Below, piece after piece: positions 27,605-35,753 of a DNA stretch of 64,000 nucleotides. The position numbers were made by a program, and so were the translations under genes. The DNA is from Proteobacteria bacterium UBA4457 (GTDB lineage: Bacteria; Pseudomonadota; Gammaproteobacteria; Ga0077536), in the NCBI GenBank assembly GCA_002390205.1, contig DGOV01000094.1, forward strand, positions 2,251 through 66,250, read 5' to 3'. Under the pieces are notes generated by a model. It saw nothing but the letters and a program-made list of their open reading frames with translations. It did not search any database and was not told where the DNA came from. Position 1 is the stretch's first letter; each line of letters opens with the position of its first letter.

Positions 27605-28480
27605 ATGAGGCTAGAAAATAAGGTTGCCATTGTCACAGGTGGAGCGGGAGGTATGGGGCGCTCAACAGTGATGCGGTTTTTAAAAGAGGGCGCTAAAGTC
27701 GTTATTGCCGACTACAATGCTGCAAGTGGGGCTGAGACGCTGGCCGAGATCACCGGTCTCGGTTATAAGGACTCGGCACACTTTATTAAGACAGATGTAG
27801 CCTCTGAGTTAGATATTAAAGCAATGGTCGAATGCGCTGTTGATAATTTTGGGCGCGTGGATATTATGTTTAACAATGCCGGAGTAGGTGGGGTCGTTGG
27901 CCCAGTTTGGGACTTACAGGTTGAAGAGTGGGATTATACGTTTGATGTGTTGGTGAAAGGGGTTTTTTTAGGGATTAAACATGCGGCTAAGGTCATGCGG
28001 ACACAAGGGGATGGCGGGGTTATTATTAATACTGCATCGGTGGCTGGTCTAAGTGGCGGTTGTGGACCATTATCTTACAGCGCAGCTAAGGCCGCTGTTG
28101 TAAATTTAACGAAGGCTGCGGCTGTCCAGTTAGCCCCTGATCGTATCCGAGTAAATGCTATTTGCCCAGGTTTTATCCTGACGGGCCTAACCCACACCAA
28201 GCACGAGTCTTTGGAGGAGGCGGGTAAGAGGATGGATTCGACGCAGCCTTTTCCAGACCATGGGACAGGTGAAGATATTGCTGGAACGGCACTATTTTTG
28301 GCTACCGAGGACTCTAGATTTGTGAATGGCGAAGCGATTGTGGTCGACGGCGCTTTAACTGCTATAGGTCCTGACATGTGGCAGAGGTGGGGTGTTCCAT
28401 ATGAGCGAGATATGACCAGGAATGTTGTTAATAAAGGGACGACGGGGGACAAAAATACCCGACGTCAGCTAGGTGACTGA
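27605..28480 (+). CDS. SDR family oxidoreductase
   Basis: It has TGGAGGMGRS, NNAG, and S..YSAAK catalytic motifs. The extended C-terminus gives 291 aa. Confidence 0.85.
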   Translation: MRLENKVAIVTGGAGGMGRSTVMRFLKEGAKVVIADYNAASGAETLAEITGLGYKDSAHFIKTDVASELDIKAMVECAVDNFGRVDIMFNNAGVGGVVGPVWDLQVEEWDYTFDVLVKGVFLGIKHAAKVMRTQGDGGVIINTASVAGLSGGCGPLSYSAAKAAVVNLTKAAAVQLAPDRIRVNAICPGFILTGLTHTKHESLEEAGKRMDSTQPFPDHGTGEDIAGTALFLATEDSRFVNGEAIVVDGALTAIGPDMWQRWGVPYERDMTRNVVNKGTTGDKNTRRQLGD

Positions 28481-28597
28481 AGACTTTAATTACGAATGAT
28501 TCTGAAACCGTTTTAAATTCTTAAAACTAGGCAATACTCTGCCACATATGCCCTGGTAAGTTGAGTTTTGCAGTTATTATTGAAAGGAGTTGGAAGA

Positions 28598-29239
28598 TTG
28601 ATTAAATTGTATGGTGTCGCGATCAGTAACTATTTTAGTGCCGCTAAGGCTGCGTTCATAGAGAAGCAAATACCGTTTGAAGAAATCAAAGTGTTCCCTA
28701 GTCAGAAGCCTGAGGTGCTAGCCCAGAGTCATATGGGTAAGGTTCCGTGGATAGACGTGGATGGCGAGATTCTTACGGAGTTAAATGTTATCTTTGATTA
28801 TCTGGAAGATAGTCAGCTGAAGTCCCCTATGTATCCTTCCGACCCCTTTGAGCGCGCTAAAGTCAAAGAGCTCATAAGAATTGTCGAGCTGTATATCGAC
28901 GCACCTGCAAGGCGGCATGTTGGTACTACCTACTTTGGAGCACCTCTAGAACCTACTGCTTTTAAAGAAGTTAGGTCTGTCGTAGAAAACGGGATAAGAG
29001 CACTTTTAAAAGTAGCTAAATTTGATCAATATATTGCAGGTGAAAATTTTACTTTTGCAGATATTGCGGCGTATTTTCATATAAATTTTGCTCAGATGAA
29101 TATGGTCAAAATTTATGACTGGGATATGATATCGGATATTGCCCCATTGGCGGATTATTTGCAGCTAGTCGGACAACGTCCGTCAGTCAAGGAAACCAAT
29201 CGGATTATGCAGCTAGAGTTCAGCAAAATGGCTTCATAG
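28598..29239 (+). CDS. Glutathione S-transferase
   Basis: It has GST-N (IKLYGVAISNYFSAAKAAFIEKQIPFE.., GKVPWIDVDG) and GST-C domains. I prefer the TTG at 28598 (AAAGGAG 8 nt upstream) to the listed TTG at 28568. Confidence 0.8.
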   Translation: MIKLYGVAISNYFSAAKAAFIEKQIPFEEIKVFPSQKPEVLAQSHMGKVPWIDVDGEILTELNVIFDYLEDSQLKSPMYPSDPFERAKVKELIRIVELYIDAPARRHVGTTYFGAPLEPTAFKEVRSVVENGIRALLKVAKFDQYIAGENFTFADIAAYFHINFAQMNMVKIYDWDMISDIAPLADYLQLVGQRPSVKETNRIMQLEFSKMAS

Positions 29240-29269
29240 TAAGATTGCGAAGTCAGCCCCTAAGATTTA

Positions 29270-29430
29270 GGTCAGACGATAACCAGAGGGTAAAGCAGGG
29301 AGCAAGGTACCTGATTATCGTCACGACCAAGGGCCTTAAATAGGGAGGGCCCGTCCTTATAAGCAACGCTTCAGCCGCACTTCTTTGCTGGCTTGCTAAA
29401 AGTGTACCAACTCGCTGCAATAAGGCCCTT
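29270..29430. ncRNA. Candidate structured RNA / structured DNA element of unknown class
   Basis: This is a G+C-rich island in AT-rich spacer. It has a 59-nt imperfect hairpin (29270-29328) with an AGGGA apical loop. A 5-bp hairpin at 29331-29352 carries a GGGAG loop. A 10-bp perfect long-range complement pairs 29329-29338 with 29421-29430. Confidence 0.3.
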
Positions 29431-29583
29431 AGTTTAATAGGAATAATTCTCATATGCAAGTAATAATCATTATTAATTAATGCCCTCCTCGCGACACTGC
29501 TGAAATTAAATAATATGAATCTCTCTGGATGCGTGTGATAATCGAGTAAGAACTAACTCAATTAACCGTAGAGGTAAGTGCAG

Positions 29584-31326
29584 ATGGCGCAGGTTTGGGA
29601 TAACGATAAAATTATTTATGTGGACATGACCGCATTGTCCGTGAAAGTTGAAGACTTTAAGCCAGAGTGGAAGATGCTAGGTGGCCGAGCGCTGTCAGCA
29701 AAGCTAATGTTAGAGTTATGCGATCCAAAGTGTGATCCGCTAGGCCCAGAAAACGTTCTTGTTTTTGCTCCAGGGACTTTAAGTGGGACCTCCGCTCCGA
29801 CCTCTGGAAGGATTTCTATGGGTTGCAAAAGTCCTCTGACGGGTGGAATTAAGGAGGCTAATGCCGGGGGCGACCCAGGACAGGATCTAATGAAGATTGG
29901 ATACCGAGCGGTTGTAGTTGTTGGTCAACCCTCCGATATGGACAGACGTTGGGGTTTACGAGTACTAGAGAATAATGTTGAGCTCGTTCCTGCTGATGAA
30001 TACAAAGGTCTTTGGAACTACGCTTGCTGCGAGAAACTGCTCTCTCAGGAATCTTCTGCCGCTTCGGCAATATCTATAGGCCCTGCTGGGGAAATGATGC
30101 TTAGGGGTGCTTCGATAGCATGTACCGATAGCGATAAGGATCGTCGACCGGCTCGACAGGCCGCGCGAGGCGGAGTTGGTGCGGTGATGGGAGCTAAGTG
30201 CCTCAAATGGATTATGGTTGATGCGACTAAGAAACCCACACGAAAACCAGTAGATAGAAAAGGGTTCTCACAATATACGAAGGCGTTCAGCCAAGACTAT
30301 TTGTCTACTCGACATGCAAATTTCAAATACGGGACTAGTGCGGTCGTGCCAGCAGCTAATATGCTTCATACGTTTCCTTATAAAAACAGGACAGAAGGAA
30401 GAAACCCTGAGTTTGAAAACCTTGACGGCGCTCGCATTCGAGAGTCCTTCGAGAGCCGAGGGGGTGCGATGCATAACTGTATGACAGGTTGTATCGTTCA
30501 ATGCTCAAATATAGTTCATGATAAAGATGGTAACTATCTAACTTCGGCTCTAGAGTTCGAAACTTTGACTCTGTTAGGCTCTTGTTGTGCGATTAATAAT
30601 TGGGAAGATGTTGCTGATTTGGATAGACTCTGCGACGAAATTGGACTTGATACGATTGAAACAGGTGCCGCGATTGCTGTTTTCATGGATTCTGGTGGCA
30701 TGGAATGGGGTGACGCTGAAGGAGCTAAAGACCTTTTAAGAAAAGAGATGGTTAACGGAACAGAGCTGGGAAAAAATATTGGACATGGCGCCCTAGCGAT
30801 TGGGACTGCTAGAGGCCATGACAGAATTCCAGTTGCGAAAGGACAAGCTATGCCGGCATGGGATCCTCGCCCGCTTAAAGCTACAGGTATTACTTATGCT
30901 AGTAGTGCTATGGGTGCCGATCATACAGCAGGTCTAGTAATCGATCCGAAAATTACAGGTGAAGCTGCGGTGGTGGCATCTCAGGAAATTCAGATTGTTA
31001 ACGCGATTTGTGATTCTACTGGTTTTTGCATGTTTTTAGGCCCAACTATTGACGAAACCCGTCAATTTTTAACGCCTTTTTTTGGTGAGGAAGTCTCCCG
31101 CGAAGAAGTTGCCGATATTGGTTGGCAGTGTTTGTTAGATGAATGGGAATTCAATGATAAAGCCGGTTTCTCTGATGCGGATGATGATATGGCTCCATGT
31201 CTCAGAGACGAAGGAATTGGTCCAGATCACGCTTTCAAATTCGACATTACCGCAGATTTAATTGCTATGGCAAAAGTTCGTCAGCCTCTTACAGAGACGT
31301 TTTACTCAAAATCACCTGCTGGCTAG
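29584..31326 (+). CDS. Aldehyde:ferredoxin oxidoreductase family protein (tungsto/molybdopterin + [4Fe-4S])
   Basis: It aligns by eye along its length with archaeal AOR: GTSAPTSGR, KSPLTGG, RGGVGAVMGAK, the Cys cluster NCMTGCIVQC plus DSTGFCMF, and AWDPRP. I prefer the ATG at 29584 (GAGGT 8 nt upstream). Confidence 0.85.
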   Translation: MAQVWDNDKIIYVDMTALSVKVEDFKPEWKMLGGRALSAKLMLELCDPKCDPLGPENVLVFAPGTLSGTSAPTSGRISMGCKSPLTGGIKEANAGGDPGQDLMKIGYRAVVVVGQPSDMDRRWGLRVLENNVELVPADEYKGLWNYACCEKLLSQESSAASAISIGPAGEMMLRGASIACTDSDKDRRPARQAARGGVGAVMGAKCLKWIMVDATKKPTRKPVDRKGFSQYTKAFSQDYLSTRHANFKYGTSAVVPAANMLHTFPYKNRTEGRNPEFENLDGARIRESFESRGGAMHNCMTGCIVQCSNIVHDKDGNYLTSALEFETLTLLGSCCAINNWEDVADLDRLCDEIGLDTIETGAAIAVFMDSGGMEWGDAEGAKDLLRKEMVNGTELGKNIGHGALAIGTARGHDRIPVAKGQAMPAWDPRPLKATGITYASSAMGADHTAGLVIDPKITGEAAVVASQEIQIVNAICDSTGFCMFLGPTIDETRQFLTPFFGEEVSREEVADIGWQCLLDEWEFNDKAGFSDADDDMAPCLRDEGIGPDHAFKFDITADLIAMAKVRQPLTETFYSKSPAG

Positions 31327-31337
31327 ACAAAGTTGTG

Positions 31338-31377
31338 TCTCTCCCTCTCAGCTTACCAAAAGCTGTAATGGGAGAGG
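31338..31377 (+). terminator. Composite hairpin after the AOR gene (possible terminator, no U-tract)
   Basis: The outer stem is CTCTCCC/GGGAGAG and the inner stem is CAGCTT/AAGCTG with a 5-nt loop. No T-run follows. Confidence 0.4.
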
Positions 31378-31559
31378 AACAGGTCATAATTTGAATTTCT
31401 GTTTGCTACTGTTTACAAGGTAGTAAATTTAAGTCGCGGTTATGTCGTATGAGCCTTTTGGAATAAGATAGCGGCAACGCTTATCCTAGTCATCTGAAAC
31501 GGACTAATGTTAAACAGCCCTAAACGTTACGGTTATTTCAGTGGTTCATAAAAAGTGAG

Positions 31560-31889
31560 GTGGGAGAAGTTGTGATCCAAAAACGCTCGATCTGTCCAAT
31601 CTCACAGGCTCTAGACCTCGTAGGCGATAAATGGACGCTCCTGATTGTCCGCGATATTGGAATACTAGGAAAACACAGTTTTACTGATATATCAGCGTCA
31701 CCTGAGCGGATACCCCCTGCGACACTAACCTGCAGATTAGAGCTGTTAATTAGAGAAGATATTCTCTTGAAAGAGTGTATCTCTGGAGGGCCAGGCCGTC
31801 AATATAGATACACTCTTACAAAAAAAGGAGAAGATCTAATCCCTGTGCTTACTGCTATGCAGAGCTGGAGCAAGATCCATAACGGGTAG
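31560..31889 (+). CDS. HxlR family transcriptional regulator
   Basis: It has CPISQALDLVGDKWTLLIVRDI, the canonical HxlR N-terminal wHTH signature. It is about 105-109 aa (an alternative GTG start lies at 31572). Confidence 0.85.
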   Translation: MGEVVIQKRSICPISQALDLVGDKWTLLIVRDIGILGKHSFTDISASPERIPPATLTCRLELLIREDILLKECISGGPGRQYRYTLTKKGEDLIPVLTAMQSWSKIHNG

Positions 31890-31982
31890 GCTTCTCTAAA
31901 AAGAAGCTCTAACGATAAGGTGGAGATATTTTGCTTCGTGCGAGGTCAGAGTCAAGCTAAGTGCGAGTCACTAACTGCCGAA

Positions 31983-32495
31983 TCACTTTAGATGTGAGCG
32001 AATTGCGTCTATACCCTCTTGTGCGCACTGCTCGTCTTGATCTCCCGTAGCACCACTGACTCCTACTCCTCCGATCTGCACACCGCTTTCCGTTATGATC
32101 GGCACTCCACCGGGAAATATGACGAATCCAGGGACTCCGTCGATCCCGTATGGCTTGTCAGGATTTTTATAGTTGAGATCACCTAGAGATCGCGTAGTAC
32201 GAGGTAATCCAGCTGAGGTGTGTCCCTTGAGTTGAGCTACCTTTATACTGTGGAGATAGGCCCCATCTTGTCTCCGAAAGAGTTTCAAATTTGCTCCTTC
32301 ATCATAAATGGCGATATTCACTTTGCGCCATCCTTCCGCCAGAGCTTTTTTTTCGCAAGTATCAGCAATTATATTTGCCATTTCTAGGGTCAAGTAGGGC
32401 TTTTGTAGGAGTGGAAAGGCCAAGATCGGGAATACAATCAAGACGACGTAGCAAGCTAAATGTATTTTCCTAGTAGTCCGTATAAAATTAAACAC
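31983..32495 (-). CDS. GlcG/HbpS family heme-binding protein (DUF336), N-terminal signal/anchor
   Basis: The C-terminal motif GGVPI....G..IGGVGVSGATGDQDEQCA is typical of DUF336. The N-terminus is hydrophobic. Confidence 0.75.
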   Translation of the reverse strand: MFNFIRTTRKIHLACYVVLIVFPILAFPLLQKPYLTLEMANIIADTCEKKALAEGWRKVNIAIYDEGANLKLFRRQDGAYLHSIKVAQLKGHTSAGLPRTTRSLGDLNYKNPDKPYGIDGVPGFVIFPGGVPIITESGVQIGGVGVSGATGDQDEQCAQEGIDAIRSHLK

Positions 32496-32572
32496 GCTAT
32501 CTTCCTCTTACTTCATATTCACTATAATTTCCTGTGTACAGAAGTGGTTTAGACCTCATGGTACAAAAACTT

Positions 32573-33559
32573 TTAACTTATCTTTGGCATGATATCGTGC
32601 TTCAAACGCCTTAAATCCTCTATGGTTTTTTCAGTTGGTGTACCTGAAAACGGAGGCCAAAGCATTGGCATTGTCATGCCCGATTCTTTATACCGACTGA
32701 GATTCGTTGCAATTTGATCGACTGTACCCACCATAGTCGGAGTTAGTTTTCCATTGGACGTCTGATCGGTTTTGTCTTTAGTAATTTCAAATGGCATCAT
32801 GCTCGAGATTTCTAGTTCATCGATATTGTGGCCGCCTTCAATTTTTTTAAGCTCCTCGCCGATAGCACCTCTCCATGTAGATATAGCCTCAGGTGTATCC
32901 ATTATTCCTATCCATCCGTCCAATCCATACTTTGCAACTCTTTTTGCTGCTACTTCAGGGTTAACCAATCCTGAAAAATACATAGGTGGGCGAGGCTTTT
33001 GTAATGGCTTTGCTCCAAATCCGCATTTTTCAAACGATGCAAATTCGCCATCATACTCGAACACTTCATTCCCCCAAATACCTTGCATGACTTCGATCGT
33101 TTCTCGCACGTGTTTATTTCTCTTTTTATATGTATGTGCGGCACCCGTAGCTTGGAATTCCTCTGGCATCCAGCCTGCGCCTACCCCTACATTAATTCTT
33201 CCGCGAGACAGTTGATCCCAAGTAGCTATTTCAGTTGCCATTACAGCAGGGGCTCTAAATGGGGTGACAATAACGCTTACACCAAGACGAATTTTTTTTG
33301 TAATAGCTGCAAGGTAGGGGATGAGGGGCGGACCTTGTAACCACTCACCGCGAGAAGTCACAGGAAGCTGGTTGGGCATTTCTTTCATAGTACCGAAAGA
33401 TTTTATTAACTCACCTCTATCTGATGATTCGGGAACGACGATACGGTCAAGTGTCCAAAGTGAATCAAATTCAAGTTCTTCAGCTACTTTCGCAAGCTCG
33501 TCTATTTCATCTATAGAAATTTTATCCCTGAAGTTAGGCAGGTAGAGTGCAAGTTTCAT
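32573..33559 (-). CDS. LLM-class flavin-dependent oxidoreductase (luciferase-like monooxygenase)
   Basis: It has TIM-barrel LLM features (DSLWTLDRIV, RLGVSVIVTPFR, RGRINVGVGAGW). The length is 328 aa. Confidence 0.8.
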   Translation of the reverse strand: MKLALYLPNFRDKISIDEIDELAKVAEELEFDSLWTLDRIVVPESSDRGELIKSFGTMKEMPNQLPVTSRGEWLQGPPLIPYLAAITKKIRLGVSVIVTPFRAPAVMATEIATWDQLSRGRINVGVGAGWMPEEFQATGAAHTYKKRNKHVRETIEVMQGIWGNEVFEYDGEFASFEKCGFGAKPLQKPRPPMYFSGLVNPEVAAKRVAKYGLDGWIGIMDTPEAISTWRGAIGEELKKIEGGHNIDELEISSMMPFEITKDKTDQTSNGKLTPTMVGTVDQIATNLSRYKESGMTMPMLWPPFSGTPTEKTIEDLRRLKHDIMPKIS

Positions 33560-33851
33560 TAGAGTCCCCTTTTCTAAGCATAAGTTATTATGAGCATAAA
33601 TATTCTAAATGCCAACTTGATTAGTGGAACGTGATCTCTATGATAAGCAGGTACCTGCCTGAATAGGCTTTTCATTCTTCAAGCTGAAAATATTTGGCTG
33701 AGTCCAAACTCTTGAACTATTGTTGTAAAGACGATGACGATACGTGAAACTCATAATTAATCATATAATAGTGTTGTCGATCTGAGCAAAGATGACCCTG
33801 TCGTCTGCCCGTAATTTCAATTTTTAAATTAACTGGAAAAAAACCACTTAT

Positions 33852-34559
33852 ATGTTAAATTATTTTTCGAAAGATGTTTTCAATTCAATAAAAGAACATA
33901 AATTATTCCAGTTAATAGTTATTGTTGCGATAGTTTTATCCGCTCTTATGGTGGGTGCTTCTACTTTTGAACTAAATCCAACATTTGTTACTTTATTTAA
34001 AGTAGGGGATGTCTTCATAACTCTATTTTTTGTGATCGAGATCCTGATCCGATTTATAGCAGAACCAAGGAAACGCCAGTTTTTCAAGAGTGGCTGGAAT
34101 GTGTTTGACTCATTGATCGTTTTGGTGTCCGTGATTCCCCTTGGCCCTGATTCATCAGTTTTATTATTCAGGTTGCTCCGTATTTTCAGGGTTTTAAGGC
34201 TAATTTCTGCAGTCCCCGAATTAAAACGACTGATAGAAGCACTTTTATTATCTGTCAACAGGGTGTTTTATGTGACTCTGCTGCTTTTTATTATTTTGTA
34301 TATCTATGCTTCATTTGGTTCTATTTTGTTCTCCAACTCCGATCCGGAGCGATGGGGAGATCTAGGGATCGCAATGATTACGTTAGTGCAAGTTTTAACG
34401 CTGTCCAGTTGGGAGCAAGTTATGTTGCCTTTGCAGAACTTACACTGGTGGTCTTGGATTTACTTTTTTTCATTCATTGCGCTAGGTTCGATCACGATAT
34501 TAAATTTAATTGTGGCGGTTCTGGTTGACGTAGTCACTAGTCAAAAGGCGAAGGACTAG
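33852..34559 (+). CDS. Voltage-gated ion channel, bacterial NaV (NaChBac/NavAb) family, variant selectivity filter
   Basis: It has a 6-TM layout and an S4 with four Arg at every third position (RLLRIFRVLRL). The pore helix/filter reads LVQVLTLSSWEQVM and S6 reads ITILNLIVAVLVDVV. Only 9 residues follow S6. Confidence 0.8.
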   Translation: MLNYFSKDVFNSIKEHKLFQLIVIVAIVLSALMVGASTFELNPTFVTLFKVGDVFITLFFVIEILIRFIAEPRKRQFFKSGWNVFDSLIVLVSVIPLGPDSSVLLFRLLRIFRVLRLISAVPELKRLIEALLLSVNRVFYVTLLLFIILYIYASFGSILFSNSDPERWGDLGIAMITLVQVLTLSSWEQVMLPLQNLHWWSWIYFFSFIALGSITILNLIVAVLVDVVTSQKAKD

Positions 34560-34645
34560 TGGCGGCTCCTTCTACTGGGTAGGTTTCAGTGCAATTCCCT
34601 ACCTGTATTCGCAGAGTCATTATCTTCCTGTCCTCTACAAGGTTG

Positions 34646-35536
34646 TTAGGCTGTGCCTGATTCCAGAGGTAAGACTGAATCGGCGGCCCACTCAGTCATC
34701 GAGCCATCATAAACGGACACTCGATCAAACCCCAGTCGAGCAAGTACAAGCGCCGTGCTGCAGGCTGCGATTCCTCCTCCACAGTAGCAAATTATTTCCT
34801 CTGCACTGGAGGCGCCCACTTTTTTGAACGTTGACATCGCACTGATGTCGTCGTCATATAATTGCGAGTCAGTATTTACTGTTACTGTAAAAGGGACATT
34901 TACACTTGACGGAATCCGACCCGAACGCGCATATCGTTGAGGTGGCTTACCTTCAAATTCTTCGGGCGTTAATGCGTTAATAAGGCAAGTATTAGCATTT
35001 ACTGTCGCCTCCAAAACGCGGTTCCGGTCGGCAAACAGTTGCGGCTGAAATTCTGGAATGAAATTAGTTGATACACGAGTGGTAACTTTACAATCGACAG
35101 GCCGATTTTCCTCCAACCATTTAGTGTATCCTCCATCCAGTACAACCGCGTTATCAAATCCAAAAACACGTAACATCCACCATAATCTTGCTGCCCACAT
35201 ATTTGTCGAACGGTCATAAATAACCACCGCGCTATCATTGCCTATGCCATTCCTAGACATTACCGCTGCGAATCGCTCCGCTGAGGGTAATCCATACATG
35301 AACTGATTGTCTTGGGTATCTGAGAGTTCTTCTAAAATCCCCACGTAAGTACTTCCCGATATATGGTCTTGCTCCCATGATTCCTTACCGCTTTCTTTTT
35401 CTATTCCTTCTGTGACAGTGTCTTCAAAATAATTCGGCAACAGTGATGTCGCCTCGACAACAACTAAATTTTCCTTATGCAGATGTTCTGCTAGCCACTC
35501 GGTGTCGACTAAGTATTTATGGGTGGATAAATCCAT
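34646..35536 (-). CDS. sseA: Sulfurtransferase (tandem rhodanese; thiosulfate/3-mercaptopyruvate sulfurtransferase)
   Basis: It has two rhodanese domains and the active-site loop CYCGGGIAAC in the C-terminal domain. The length is 296 aa. Confidence 0.8.
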   Translation of the reverse strand: MDLSTHKYLVDTEWLAEHLHKENLVVVEATSLLPNYFEDTVTEGIEKESGKESWEQDHISGSTYVGILEELSDTQDNQFMYGLPSAERFAAVMSRNGIGNDSAVVIYDRSTNMWAARLWWMLRVFGFDNAVVLDGGYTKWLEENRPVDCKVTTRVSTNFIPEFQPQLFADRNRVLEATVNANTCLINALTPEEFEGKPPQRYARSGRIPSSVNVPFTVTVNTDSQLYDDDISAMSTFKKVGASSAEEIICYCGGGIAACSTALVLARLGFDRVSVYDGSMTEWAADSVLPLESGTA

Positions 35537-35634
35537 GTTATTTTCTCTCTTTATCTAAGATTGAGCTGTGATGATACGTGTGCTTTAGGCTACACTAATT
35601 ATGTATTAAGTAGCTATTGTGCCGTCGATTCTTG

Positions 35635-35675
35635 AGAAATAGCCTGAGGAGAGGGTTTGTCTGCAGGCTATTTCT
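35635..35675. other. Perfect 12-bp stem hairpin (AGAAATAGCCTG / CAGGCTATTTCT, 17-nt loop)
   Basis: It lies between the ACAD-like gene's 3' end and the sseA 5' end. No U-tract occurs on either strand. Confidence 0.5.
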
Positions 35676-35753
35676 TCTAGTCCTCATGATGTATTCAGGA
35701 GGTTAGGCTGCCTGGGTTCTTCTAGCTATAAATAATTGAAAATATTTGTAACT

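Noticed and set aside
29253-29262. GGGGCTGA on the minus strand (tmRNA-like 5' end)
   Set aside because: The similarity stops after 8 nt. The rest would run into the GST coding region, and no tRNA-like 3' end is present.
29270-29328. SRP (4.5S) RNA-like hairpin
   Set aside because: ACCAG...AGCAGGGAGCAAGG is superficially like helix 8. It lacks the GGAA tetraloop, the invariant GGAAGCAGCCA segment and the flanking 5'/3' stem.
29270-29328. Integron attC-like imperfect palindrome with extrahelical bases after a gene
   Set aside because: It has no RYYYAAC/GTTRRRY core sites, the window has no IntI-type integrase, and there is no array of cassettes.
29253-29459. 68-aa minus-strand ORF in the GST-AOR spacer
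   Set aside because: It has no SD and I recognise no family. It is Arg/Leu-rich as expected from translating a G+C-rich structured segment. I treated the region as a candidate RNA or structured element instead.
29460-29583. Moco/Tuco riboswitch upstream of the pterin-dependent AOR gene
   Set aside because: The context is attractive, and CCTC (29486-89) could pair with the GAGG of the SD. However, I could not find the conserved core I remember for the Moco motif (a CCGAGCC-type junction and an AAAGG segment). It needs cmscan, so I make no claim.
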